Virus record (IMG/VR): IMGVR_UViG_3300048035_000135
Location: 1-64,000 of that record
Source of the DNA: a virus
Strand: one strand, 5' to 3'
DNA length: 64,000 nucleotides
The notes under the pieces were generated by a model, which saw only the letters and a list, made by a program, of their open reading frames with translations, had not been told where the DNA came from and ran no database searches. Numbering within the stretch: position 1 is the stretch's first letter; each line of letters begins with the position of its first letter. Shown piece after piece: positions 19,116-29,301 of the stretch. The position numbers were made by a program, and so were the translations under genes.

Positions 19116-20234
19116 TTACGCCCAAATCCAAATATTACCATCTTGAGCTGCATCTACGTGGATGTTACCAATTTTTTGATAGTTTGTATCTGTTTTGGAA
19201 ATTGCCACTGCTGCTGCGTATGCATCTGATGCTATTGTTGTATCATTATAAGATGCTCCTGAGAAATCAAACGTCCATCTACTTGCTGATTCATCCCAAC
19301 CAAACGCTGTACCTTGTCCTTCAATAACAATACCACCATCTGCAGCAGAACCACCATCATTTAAGTTAATGAATTTGTCTGTTACATTTAAGTTAGTAGT
19401 ATTAACTGTAGTAGTTGTTCCGTTTACAGTAAAGTTTCCGGAAACTATAACATTATTTGAAAATGTTTTGTTACCAGCAACTGTTTGAGTTCCAGTTGTT
19501 CTTACAAAAGTAGATAAACTAGTAAGACCAGTACCACCATTTGCTACAGGTAGAGTACCTGTTACACCTGGAGCAATACTTGTTGTACCATCAAAGTTTA
19601 CAGCTGATGTACTTGCTAAGTTAGTTCTAATACTTGCACCACTTGCTAATGCTGTTGCAGTTGCTGCGTTACCAGTAGTATCTTGATTTAAAGTTCCTAC
19701 AACTAAATCTATATCTCCTGTACTATCTTGATATGTTGCTGTAATACCAGTTTCAGTATTAGTGGATGTGAACATCGCACCAACTATGTCTTGTACTTGC
19801 TCATTAGATAATTGGTCATTATCATTTGGAGTTGTTACTGAACCACCTAATGAAATAGCTGTACCATTAATTGTAATTGATGAGTTTGCTAATTCTGCGT
19901 TTGCAACACCACCATCTTTAATTGTTACTGCGCCTGATGATACACCGAAGTTAGCTGAACTAAACGATGCAACACCCTTTGCTGTTGTTGTTGCGTTATC
20001 TACTGATAATGCTACTGATGAATTACCACTTTGGTTAGCGGTGAATGTACCACTACCATTAAGTGCTCCTGACGTTGAAATGCTTAACTGTCCGTTTGCT
20101 GCGGATGTTAATCCTGTTAATTGTGAACCATCACCTACGAAGTAGGATGCGGTTACTGCTGCTAAATGTGCTTGTGAGCCAGATACGATTACTTTTTTCC
20201 AACCGCCTGTTGCTGCTCCTTCTCCACCTGCCAT
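19116..20234 (-). CDS. Fibre-like virion protein
   Basis: Shares N-terminus MAGGE..GGWKKVIVSGS with 17582-18781; GNFTVNGTTTTVNTTNLNVTDKFI fibre motif. Confidence 0.7.
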   Translation of the reverse strand: MAGGEGAATGGWKKVIVSGSQAHLAAVTASYFVGDGSQLTGLTSAANGQLSISTSGALNGSGTFTANQSGNSSVALSVDNATTTAKGVASFSSANFGVSSGAVTIKDGGVANAELANSSITINGTAISLGGSVTTPNDNDQLSNEQVQDIVGAMFTSTNTETGITATYQDSTGDIDLVVGTLNQDTTGNAATATALASGASIRTNLASTSAVNFDGTTSIAPGVTGTLPVANGGTGLTSLSTFVRTTGTQTVAGNKTFSNNVIVSGNFTVNGTTTTVNTTNLNVTDKFINLNDGGSAADGGIVIEGQGTAFGWDESASRWTFDFSGASYNDTTIASDAYAAAVAISKTDTNYQKIGNIHVDAAQDGNIWIWA

Positions 20235-20338
20235 AATTTTTCTCCTATTTTTTAAAATGAGTTGAAATCAACTCATAGTTTCTCTGTTAAAATTTCTTTT
20301 TATTTACTCTTATAAATATAGAGTTTTATTTTATTCCG

Positions 20339-20743
20339 TTAAATGTATATAAAAAAGTTACTTCCACTAACTGCTAATGCTCCTTTGTAAGAAGTGTTAT
20401 TATAATTAGGTAAAGTAGAAACCTCTTTTATCAACATTGTACCATCTGAATTTACTGTTACTTTATCTTCTCCACCAACTCTAATTGTAAACACATTCCC
20501 ACCTGGAGATTGATTTGTAATTAAAGTTAATGAAGATGTAACTGCTCCTGTCATTTCTATAGAACCAGTAATTTGTGCATTTGTAGTTACTATTGTTTCT
20601 ATTGATGATTCACCATTATTCCTTTCGAAGAATAGTTTTCCATCAAATGTATTGACAGCAAGTTCACCCAAAGATAAGCTTCCAACACTTGGAACATTAT
20701 TTTGAGTATTACTTCTTTTTAATTTTATCCTATTAGCTGCCAT
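20339..20743 (-). CDS. Virion protein with Mtd-N-like fibre attachment domain
   Basis: IKLKRS...P..L..GELAVNT.DGKLF motif. Confidence 0.6.
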   Translation of the reverse strand: MAANRIKLKRSNTQNNVPSVGSLSLGELAVNTFDGKLFFERNNGESSIETIVTTNAQITGSIEMTGAVTSSLTLITNQSPGGNVFTIRVGGEDKVTVNSDGTMLIKEVSTLPNYNNTSYKGALAVSGSNFFIYI

Positions 20744-20764
20744 TTGTGGAATCCCAATCTTTTA

Positions 20765-21922
20765 TTAAAAGTTTCCACCATCAATTTCTGTAAACGAAAA
20801 ACTCCCTGTTAAACTTAATGAACCAGTTATTTCGTGAGTATCTGTTAACTCATCACCAAATATAGTAGAACCACTAGCAAATGATATAGATTGACTGATA
20901 ACATTAGAAACAACTTTAGTTGCTGTTAATTCACCAACTGATATGTTCTGTCCTGCTAATGTACCTACTACCTGTGCTGATGAACTCATCACATTGTTAG
21001 GTATCGAAGTTAAATACGATTGTAAATCACTAATTTGTGATTCTGTAATTGTTACTTGCGCTGAACCACTAATTACACCTTCAGTATCTAACTTAGTTTT
21101 AACTCGTGCATCTGTATAATATTTGTTTGTACCTTCTGCTACATCAGCAGTATCAAAACCTGTCTTATCTGCACTATTTAATACTATTTGAGATGAACCA
21201 CTAACCAACCCAGCTGGTTTACCTGTTAAATCAGCGAATGAACTAGCTCCACCACCACCACCGATTGAACCATCATCTATTTGAGAACGAAGTGTTCTAC
21301 CGATATATTGATAAACTGATATATAAACATATTGATTTGAGGATGGTGCGTTTGATACCCAAGTTAAAACACCTGTTTTAAAATCGAATACATAATGAGA
21401 AGGGTCTGCTGGTGAAGATGAAATACTTCCTGCCGTAGCTGATGTATCTTTATATACTACAACTTTATAACCTGGAGTAGAACTCTCAGTATTATTTGGT
21501 GAATCACTTGCGATAATATATTTTGGTGATACAAAATTAGTTTGCTGGTCTGCTTCGATAAGTTGGTCGGATGTTACTGTATCTGAAACAGATGATGGGT
21601 CTGAAGTTGTAAAGTAATAAACTTCTCTTTGCCCATCTGCCGCTTGTTTTAATTTTTTTCTATAGTGATATTTTAGTACGTTTACATCAGTTTCGATTGA
21701 TGGGTTAACAACACTACCCGATACAATAGCACCATTCTGAGATGAACCACTATATGCTAATTGTGTACTTCCCGTAGGAATAAGACCATCATCTGTAAAT
21801 ATCTCACCTGCTCCTAAATCAAATACATCAGTAAATGCTTCCTGAGTAAGTGATAGATTATCCGTTGTAAATCTTCTACCTTGTAGTAATCTTTCCGACC
21901 TGTTACTTGTATTATATGCCAT
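20765..21922 (-). CDS. Virion structural/fibre protein
   Basis: SGS-rich modules, C-terminal IDGGNF. Confidence 0.55.
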   Translation of the reverse strand: MAYNTSNRSERLLQGRRFTTDNLSLTQEAFTDVFDLGAGEIFTDDGLIPTGSTQLAYSGSSQNGAIVSGSVVNPSIETDVNVLKYHYRKKLKQAADGQREVYYFTTSDPSSVSDTVTSDQLIEADQQTNFVSPKYIIASDSPNNTESSTPGYKVVVYKDTSATAGSISSSPADPSHYVFDFKTGVLTWVSNAPSSNQYVYISVYQYIGRTLRSQIDDGSIGGGGGASSFADLTGKPAGLVSGSSQIVLNSADKTGFDTADVAEGTNKYYTDARVKTKLDTEGVISGSAQVTITESQISDLQSYLTSIPNNVMSSSAQVVGTLAGQNISVGELTATKVVSNVISQSISFASGSTIFGDELTDTHEITGSLSLTGSFSFTEIDGGNF

Positions 21923-21937
21923 TTTTATTCCTCTTTA

Positions 21938-24439
21938 TTACGATACTGAAACCTGTATGCGTTCCAATGTATATGATGGTTCACCTTTATATCTAATTAA
22001 TAACCAAATTTTTGAATTTGATGAGTTAATAGTTTGACCACCTGCGTTATTCAATCCTAAAGTTAATGTACCATTCGAATTAGTAAATGATGAAAAATCA
22101 CCAACAACATCAACCGAATCACTAAATGGGTTGTTATTTCCACTCGATTGTGAGTTCAAAGAACCACCATACGATTGATTACCTTTTACTGCATCAAAGA
22201 TTTTTGAATCAGTAGCTTCAAATATAACACCAACTGCTATTTTGTTAGCCGCTGTACTATCCCACGTTACTAAATCGGATGATGAATTAGGGTCTAAGTT
22301 AATTGTTAAAGTACCTTTATTATTTCCAGCTGATGTTTCAAATTCTCTTAGATACCACTTATAATGTGATGCGTTATATGATGAATCATCATAAAAATAC
22401 CCATTGTTACCTTCAGGATTAACTAAGTAACCTGGCTTAACCTGCAATCCTTCACCATCTCCGAGAGTTAGTGCGGTTGAACTATTCCATGCATTTGATA
22501 ATGCCGTTGATGTACTAATAACTCTTCTATAAGTTTCGTTTGTAAATCTTTCATCCAATACCGATGATTGACTTCCACCACCATAATATCCCATTGAACC
22601 AAGACTTCCATTTTGTCCGAATGTTCCTGCTGTATGAAGGTTTACAGTTTTGGTTTCTAATGTTGATTGTGTACCACTTCTGTTTCTACCTTTTAGTGTT
22701 AATGTATATGATGTATCACCAATTCCACTTTCAGTAAAAGTATCACCTGTACCACTAATTGTATAAGTTGCATCAACTTCTACTATATCGTTTCTTACTG
22801 GAGTACCACTATTTCTTCTAGTAGTACCATCGGCTGATGTTACCATTCCTGATGTTTGGATTGAACCACCATTTGTTGATAATGTATCCAATCCTGATGT
22901 ATTTGAAATTGAGTATCCACTAGCTCCACCGATAGTTACATCTACTAATGAAGTTGATGATGCGTACATAGGTGCAAATAATCCACTAGCAGTTGCAACA
23001 TATTTCCAAGTACCACCATTAATAAATGGTGCTCCCGATAATGAACCTGATGTTAATGTTTGTGCCGTTACCGTTCCACCTGAAACTCCTAATGAGTTTG
23101 TACCAATATTTGAATCGATATTACTTACAGGTGCATAGAATATAGTTTCGTTTAGTGATTTTTCAACATATCCACTTTGAGAACCAGTTGCCAACCCAAT
23201 TGTTGTATCTATTTCATATTGTCCTGATGAAGATACAGAAGTTAATGTTTGTGCTGTCCAATTAACCAAATTTTGGTTATGTGTATTTACAAATTTACCA
23301 TCTTGGAAAGCGGCCGGTATAACTGCTGGATTTACAGTATTAATTTTTGCTAAAGTGATACCATTTGAAGTTCCAAATGATGAATGGGATAAAATTCTAG
23401 ATGAACTTGAAGTTTCAGTAGCAGTATCACCATTAATTGCCGTTTGATTTTGGAAAAACTTAAATGTATGTGAACCACTTACTCTAGCTACAGTAGCTCC
23501 ACCACTTGTTAATGAACCCAATCCAAATAATTCGTTATCAGCTGATGAACGAACTGATGTTGAACCTGCATCTACTGAAGAGTATCCAACTGCGTATGAT
23601 GTACTTGTTCTAATTGTTTTTCCTGGAAACAATGTTCCACCTACTGATGCGAATCCTTTATTTATTAAGTAATTAATATCAGCTATTGAATTTCCTTGTG
23701 GTACATACCCAGCTGGTGCCGTTCCAGTACTAGTACCACTCTTTACTTCACTAATATTACTAAATGTTTTTGTGTTTGGTGTTGGATTTGCTGCTGATGA
23801 GGATAATAATCCCGCAACAAATCTTAAAATTTCAGATACATCTGTATTTGAATCAAAATTGTTAAAATAAGAACCATCTAAATTACTTTGCCACGCATTT
23901 GATGTTGGATTACCTGCGTTTACGTTAAATGCTTTTATAGATTGAGATACATCTAATGCAATATCAGATGAACCTGTAATTTGTAAAGATTTTGTAGTTT
24001 TATATAATACAGCTGAAACAGATTCAAAAATACCACTACCACCAAACCCTGCAGCTGCTGCTGAAGATGAAACTTGTGTTGCAAAGTTCTGTAAAGATGA
24101 TGTAGTTATGGTAATCTCAGTATGTCCTGATGTACCATCTGCATGTGCACCTAACAAATATAATTTTTTGTTAGTAGTATCGTAGTATGGTAATCCATCT
24201 AAAGTAGTACCATAATTAGCAGTAGCTACTGCTGGTAATCCTGCACCAGTATATATTTTTGAAATCGGTACATAATCGTTAGCGGCAGTTGAACCACCCG
24301 GCTTTCCTATATAAACGATTGGTCCATCTACTTTTGAATCTATCGAACCACTACCAATTACAATCTCTGCTTCTCCAAATGAGGTGATATTCCTTACGGA
24401 TGCTACCGAACCTCTTCTATGTTTTATTGTTTGAGCCAT
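21938..24439 (-). CDS. Large Ser/Gly/Thr-rich virion protein
   Basis: MAQTIKHRRG fibre-type N-terminus; beta-rich composition; late motif at 24492-24499. Confidence 0.55.
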   Translation of the reverse strand: MAQTIKHRRGSVASVRNITSFGEAEIVIGSGSIDSKVDGPIVYIGKPGGSTAANDYVPISKIYTGAGLPAVATANYGTTLDGLPYYDTTNKKLYLLGAHADGTSGHTEITITTSSLQNFATQVSSSAAAAGFGGSGIFESVSAVLYKTTKSLQITGSSDIALDVSQSIKAFNVNAGNPTSNAWQSNLDGSYFNNFDSNTDVSEILRFVAGLLSSSAANPTPNTKTFSNISEVKSGTSTGTAPAGYVPQGNSIADINYLINKGFASVGGTLFPGKTIRTSTSYAVGYSSVDAGSTSVRSSADNELFGLGSLTSGGATVARVSGSHTFKFFQNQTAINGDTATETSSSSRILSHSSFGTSNGITLAKINTVNPAVIPAAFQDGKFVNTHNQNLVNWTAQTLTSVSSSGQYEIDTTIGLATGSQSGYVEKSLNETIFYAPVSNIDSNIGTNSLGVSGGTVTAQTLTSGSLSGAPFINGGTWKYVATASGLFAPMYASSTSLVDVTIGGASGYSISNTSGLDTLSTNGGSIQTSGMVTSADGTTRRNSGTPVRNDIVEVDATYTISGTGDTFTESGIGDTSYTLTLKGRNRSGTQSTLETKTVNLHTAGTFGQNGSLGSMGYYGGGSQSSVLDERFTNETYRRVISTSTALSNAWNSSTALTLGDGEGLQVKPGYLVNPEGNNGYFYDDSSYNASHYKWYLREFETSAGNNKGTLTINLDPNSSSDLVTWDSTAANKIAVGVIFEATDSKIFDAVKGNQSYGGSLNSQSSGNNNPFSDSVDVVGDFSSFTNSNGTLTLGLNNAGGQTINSSNSKIWLLIRYKGEPSYTLERIQVSVS

Positions 24440-24507
24440 ATTTTTATCCCATTACTTGTGTATAGTTTGTACTATTACTCTTTTAATCTCTTATAAATAT
24501 TGTTTGT

Positions 24508-25587
24508 TTAGAAAAACCCCCCACAATCTATCGTATCTTGCGTATTACCAATTTGAATTGATGCAGATGCGATATAATTTTCTAATTGTGCTTCTAAAAC
24601 TTTAATTCTACCATTAACTACAATAGCATTTCCAGCATTTGATGCTGATGTTTGTGTAAATATACTTTGCCCATTTACTGTAAAATCACCTTTGATGTCC
24701 ACACTACCCGTAACTTCTAAATTATTTGATGTCATTAACTTAGTGTATGTATTCGGGTCTTGAGAACCTGTATTCCAAATGGAAGTACCACTACCACCAC
24801 CACCACCTGCTAACGCAGATAAATTAACTGTGTTACCATTCGAAATACTTAAATTATTTCCTGCTAACGTTAATGTTTGAGAATCTGTTTCATTTTTTAA
24901 GAATCCCAAGTCTGTTATTTGAGCTGATGATGATATTATGTTTGCTGGTAATTGTGAACTACCACTAATTATACCCGATGGTAAATCAGAACCAGTTGGT
25001 ATCGTTACACTATTACCATTTGATATTGTTAACGTATCACCAACATAAGTAAGGGTCTGTGAATCAGTTTCAGATGTTATATAACCTAAATCAGCAATTT
25101 GAGCCGATGATGATATAGTTCCTGTCGGAACTGAAGTTAAATATGATTGTAAATCACTAATTTGTGATTCGGTTATCGTAATTTGAGATGAACCACTTAT
25201 TGTTCCGTTTGGTAGTAAACTTTTTACTTGTGTTGAACCACTAACTAATCCAATTGGTAATTGAGATGAACCACTAATTACACCTGATGGTAATAAACTT
25301 TTTATTTGGGCTGAACCACTAATTAGGTTATCACCTACTTCATTCCCATATCTTATATCAAATTCAGTTGTTAATTGGGCAGAAGAACTAATTACACCTT
25401 CTGCATTTAACCTCGTCTTAACATTAGATACAAAATTATCTCTAACAGAATTGTTAGCTAAGATTGAATTTTTCTGAAATGGTGTTATGGTTGTAGGTAA
25501 GTTGGATAAATTATAATAATCTATACTTTTTAAACCACTACCATTACCTTCAAATGAACCACTAAATGAACCTGTAAAATCTGGCAC
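24508..25587 (-). CDS. Virion fibre-like protein with SGS(S/A)Q repeats
   Basis: GTG start with AAGGGA SD; repeated LPSGVISGSSQ and ETDSQTL units; C-terminal IDCGGFF. Confidence 0.55.
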   Translation of the reverse strand: MPDFTGSFSGSFEGNGSGLKSIDYYNLSNLPTTITPFQKNSILANNSVRDNFVSNVKTRLNAEGVISSSAQLTTEFDIRYGNEVGDNLISGSAQIKSLLPSGVISGSSQLPIGLVSGSTQVKSLLPNGTISGSSQITITESQISDLQSYLTSVPTGTISSSAQIADLGYITSETDSQTLTYVGDTLTISNGNSVTIPTGSDLPSGIISGSSQLPANIISSSAQITDLGFLKNETDSQTLTLAGNNLSISNGNTVNLSALAGGGGGSGTSIWNTGSQDPNTYTKLMTSNNLEVTGSVDIKGDFTVNGQSIFTQTSASNAGNAIVVNGRIKVLEAQLENYIASASIQIGNTQDTIDCGGFF

Positions 25588-25635
25588 GCTTTTCCCTTAA
25601 TTATTTTTGTTAGTTACCTATAAATATAATAATTC

Positions 25636-26295
25636 TTAGTAATCGGTTAACAATGTTAAAATTTCATCCAAAGATTCATGCCTGTGGTTATCTTTTAACA
25701 TTATATCATATACATATTGTGAACCTTTTAACTTAGGAACTTCATGTACTGCCGAATCATTGTTGAATTTCAAATCAATCTGTTGCTTATCACCACATAG
25801 TATCATAGTAGAACCTTTTCCTACCCTACCCAATACCATTAATAGTTGTTGCTTAGTCAAGTTCTGAAACTCATCGACAATACATATGGAGTTATCGAAA
25901 GTTCTTCCTCTAAAATGTGATAATGATACCAATTCTATCGATTCATCAGATTCCATCTTCTGTAATATGTTTGGTTTGTTGTAAACCTTTCTCATATTAG
26001 CTCTAATTGGAACTAACCAAGGTTCCATCTTCTCTTCTAATGAACCTGGTAAAAATCCGTTATCCTCATTTGATACAGTTGGTCTTGTTATAACGATTTT
26101 GTTAACTTTTCTTTTAAAAAACATATCCAATCCAATTTGACATGCCAATAACGTTTTACCACTACCTGCTTTACCTATTACAAAATTGAAGGGATGATTT
26201 AAAATTTGAGCTTTTGCTCTTTTCTGTTCTTCCGATAGAGATATCGAAAATCTCACATTACCTTTTGGTGGAGTTTTGTCTTTGTTTTCAGCCAT
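25636..26295 (-). CDS. phoH: PhoH-like ATPase
   Basis: GKAGSGKT, GFLPGSLEEKMEPW, RGRTF, DEFQN, GDKQQID. Likely start MAENK at 26295 with AAGGA SD. Confidence 0.92.
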   Translation of the reverse strand: MAENKDKTPPKGNVRFSISLSEEQKRAKAQILNHPFNFVIGKAGSGKTLLACQIGLDMFFKRKVNKIVITRPTVSNEDNGFLPGSLEEKMEPWLVPIRANMRKVYNKPNILQKMESDESIELVSLSHFRGRTFDNSICIVDEFQNLTKQQLLMVLGRVGKGSTMILCGDKQQIDLKFNNDSAVHEVPKLKGSQYVYDIMLKDNHRHESLDEILTLLTDY

Positions 26296-26350
26296 ACTTT
26301 CCTTTTTCCAATAATTAAATAACTCTTTATAATAAGTATGAATTAAGCAT

Positions 26351-26377
26351 AAAAAAAGGGGGAATCTCTTCCCCCTT
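26351..26377 (-). terminator. Intrinsic terminator after major capsid gene
   Basis: AAGGGGGAA-TCTC-TTCCCCCTT stem followed by a U-tract on the minus strand. Confidence 0.85.
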
Positions 26378-26404
26378 AATTTAAAGTATATCAATAATCA
26401 ATGA

Positions 26405-28051
26405 TTACTGAATTCTGTTTAATGAATCAACAAATACTTTTCCGTAGAACTCACCTCTTAGCATTTTCTTAGCGTAACGAGTCATTACACCTTTTCTAGG
26501 AGTGAAGTTTTTCGGGTCATATACAAGAGGAGTCATAATTAACGGAATATATGGTGCATATACTGCTCCAGTTTCAAGGAATTGAGTTCCTCTATATCCC
26601 ATAAGGATTACGTTCTCTTTCATATAAGGATTCTTATAAACTTGGAATCTACTATTTAATGAACCAACTTTTGATACACCGAATGCAAATTGAGCATCAC
26701 CATTATCCGCTGAAGAAGCGTAACCTGGAATTGACTCAATGATTGTTGCAACATCTGGAGATACTACTAAGAAATTAGCACCACCTCTAAGAGTTTTTTG
26801 GTGAATAGAGTTAGATACACCAGCGATTACAGTTCCTAAAGTCTGGAACCATGCTCCCTGATTGAATGCAGATGCTCCATATTCTGAATCATCCATTGCT
26901 GCGAATGCAGAACCATTCCATACTCTACCAGCTTTAGCTGACCAGTATCCTACTGATTTAGCATCTTGCATTAACATGTCTAAGATTTCAAAATCAATTT
27001 CTTGCGAAATGTATTCTGATAACATAGAAGTTAATTCTGCTTCAGCATCAATTGAGTGATATGCGTTCAAATCTTGTGCGAATTCAGGAGTCCACTGTGC
27101 TTTTAACTTTCTAGTCTTAGCAACGATTGGTAAACTCTTCATTTCAACATTCAATTCTGGAATATCGATATCAGCTTCAGGATTGTTTCTTAAAGAAGTT
27201 CCTGTTGCTTCGAAATCACCTCTTGATGTATCAGTTGGTTGTGCGTGATACTTTACAGTAACATTATCAGCCGCATCAGCCACACCTTTTACTACGAAAG
27301 TTACATCGCCATCAGCGTTGATTGTAGTATATTGTGGGAATTGGTCTGTAATTTTAGAAGAAACAACTCTAAATCCTCTGATACCTTTTGAATCTGCATC
27401 AACGAATTCATCGTGGTGTACTGTTAATTTATATACTGAACCAGCAGCATCCATTAAACCAGCATTAGATGCTGAGAACGCTGTATCGTAGTTGTAATCA
27501 CCAGCAGATAAAGAACCAGTTGTGTATTGGTTTGCTGCTAATGTTCCGTTTACTACGTTGTTACCAGTTACTTTATCGTTGATTGAGTATCCGAATCTAC
27601 CAGCACCATACAAACCACCTGAAGGGTCTGAAGATGTTTCTGTGATACCGAATACAGAATCAGCTTGTGAATCTTTTCCAGAACCACTAGCGAAACCTGG
27701 CTGAGAAGTACCATATTTAAAGTCTAAGTAAAATACTAGACCTGATGGTAAGTTCATTGGTTGTACTGATACGAAATCTTTTGCTACGATTTCTGAGAAG
27801 ATTCTTCTTACTAATGGTAAAGCTACACCAGCCCACTCTTCAGAGTTTGCCGAAGTACCAGTAGCAGAAGCTTCTTTTACTAATTGTCTTGCTTGATTTT
27901 CTAAAAGAGTCGCAACACCAGCTTTTTCAACTTCGTTTCCGATTCCTTCAAGAAGACCGGTTTTCTCCCACTTACCAGCTAAAGCTCTTGTAGCTTCAGA
28001 TAGTCTCGCAGTGTGAGAAGAACCTTCATTTAAAATGTTTTTTAAATCCAT
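26405..28051 (-). CDS. Major capsid protein (T4 gp23-like)
   Basis: LLENQ, LPLVRR, VQPMNLPSGLVFYLDFKY, AKTRKLKAQWTPEFAQDLNAYHSIDAEAELT, YAPYIPL, GVMTRY. Confidence 0.97.
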   Translation of the reverse strand: MDLKNILNEGSSHTARLSEATRALAGKWEKTGLLEGIGNEVEKAGVATLLENQARQLVKEASATGTSANSEEWAGVALPLVRRIFSEIVAKDFVSVQPMNLPSGLVFYLDFKYGTSQPGFASGSGKDSQADSVFGITETSSDPSGGLYGAGRFGYSINDKVTGNNVVNGTLAANQYTTGSLSAGDYNYDTAFSASNAGLMDAAGSVYKLTVHHDEFVDADSKGIRGFRVVSSKITDQFPQYTTINADGDVTFVVKGVADAADNVTVKYHAQPTDTSRGDFEATGTSLRNNPEADIDIPELNVEMKSLPIVAKTRKLKAQWTPEFAQDLNAYHSIDAEAELTSMLSEYISQEIDFEILDMLMQDAKSVGYWSAKAGRVWNGSAFAAMDDSEYGASAFNQGAWFQTLGTVIAGVSNSIHQKTLRGGANFLVVSPDVATIIESIPGYASSADNGDAQFAFGVSKVGSLNSRFQVYKNPYMKENVILMGYRGTQFLETGAVYAPYIPLIMTPLVYDPKNFTPRKGVMTRYAKKMLRGEFYGKVFVDSLNRIQ

Positions 28052-28079
28052 TTTTTTTCTCCGTTATTAATCTTATTAA

Positions 28080-29147
28080 TTATTTTAAACCTGCTAGCTT
28101 TTTCCATCTAGCTGATAATTCATTGCCCTCAGAAATTATTTTCTTTGGTGCTGAACTTTTTGTTGCTTTTGAAGCAAATCCTTCTTTTACAACTGTTCTT
28201 TTCTTTTTAGCGACATTTAAGTTTTCAGCTAAAGTTGAGAATACTAATTTCACTTCTCTTACTGATGATGTTCTGTCGAAGTTTTCTAAAACTTTTACCT
28301 TTTGGTTTTCGTTTAAGTCGAAAGTTCTGAACAATTTGTTAGTATAAAGTAACTTAGCGTTCAACAAATTCACTTCATTAATAGTTTTTTGTAAACTCTT
28401 AATTGTTGAATATGCTTCTTCTAACTCAGTTGCCATATCTTCATCTTCTTCATCCATTTCATCTTCTTCATTCATGTCCTCATCAGATTCTTCCATCTCT
28501 TTCAAAGTTTTAATAACTTCTTCTAAATCGATGTTTTCATCTTCTTCGTCCATTTCATCTTCTTCGTCCATTTCATCAGCTGTTTCGTGATAATTTTCAT
28601 CATTTTCATCTGCTGATTCATAATTTTCATCATTTTCATCTGCAGATGCCATTTCAGCTTCTAATTCTTCGATTACAGATTCTAAGTCTAACTCATCATC
28701 TTCATCTTCTTCAGCTTCCATTTCTTCTTCAGCTTCTTCTGAATCCATATCATCCATTTCATCTTCCATAGAATCTTCTTCAGAATCATCAGACATTTCG
28801 CCTTCTTCTTCATCCATTTCATCCATTTCATCTTCTTCAGATACTACGTCATCATTTTCACTCTCTTCCGGAGCATCAATCAAATTATCATCATTTGGAA
28901 CATCAGATGAATCAGATGCGTCATCAGATGGTTCAGCGTTATCGCCAGCACCTAAATCAGATGAATCTAATTCTTCTTCCATTTCATCTTGCTCATCAGC
29001 ATCTTCTGCTAATTTAGCTGAAATCATTGATTGTAACTTCGGAGTGAATGCCTCTTCTAAAGCCAACTTAGCGTTTGCAAGAGCAGTTTCTTTAACGGCT
29101 TTAGCATCAGCGATAGCTTCAGATAACAAATCTTTTCTATTTGCCAT
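28080..29147 (-). CDS. Prohead core/scaffold protein (gp22-like)
   Basis: Highly acidic centre, ends WKKLAGLK, lies directly upstream of the capsid gene. Confidence 0.75.
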   Translation of the reverse strand: MANRKDLLSEAIADAKAVKETALANAKLALEEAFTPKLQSMISAKLAEDADEQDEMEEELDSSDLGAGDNAEPSDDASDSSDVPNDDNLIDAPEESENDDVVSEEDEMDEMDEEEGEMSDDSEEDSMEDEMDDMDSEEAEEEMEAEEDEDDELDLESVIEELEAEMASADENDENYESADENDENYHETADEMDEEDEMDEEDENIDLEEVIKTLKEMEESDEDMNEEDEMDEEDEDMATELEEAYSTIKSLQKTINEVNLLNAKLLYTNKLFRTFDLNENQKVKVLENFDRTSSVREVKLVFSTLAENLNVAKKKRTVVKEGFASKATKSSAPKKIISEGNELSARWKKLAGLK

Positions 29148-29175
29148 AGTTGTTCTCCTAAATTGTTTTTGGAAA

Positions 29176-29242
29176 TAAGATTATTGAGAATCTTAATAGA
29201 ATATTATTACTAATATATTTTAATCATCTATTGGGAGATGAT
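29176..29242 (-). promoter_or_regulatory. Twin hairpins in the scaffold/capsid leader
   Basis: Two 7-bp stems (29176-29195 and 29223-29242) with different stem sequences and near-identical 6-nt loops C(C/U)CAAU on the mRNA. Confidence 0.5.
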
Positions 29243-29301
29243 ATTTTTATCTACAATAAATAGTGTACTATAAATGAAAACACTAAAAAAGTGTTTACTA
29301 T

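Noticed and set aside
28430-29010. Low-complexity TCATCTTC repeats
   Set aside because: Explained by the Asp/Glu/Met-rich region of the scaffold protein.
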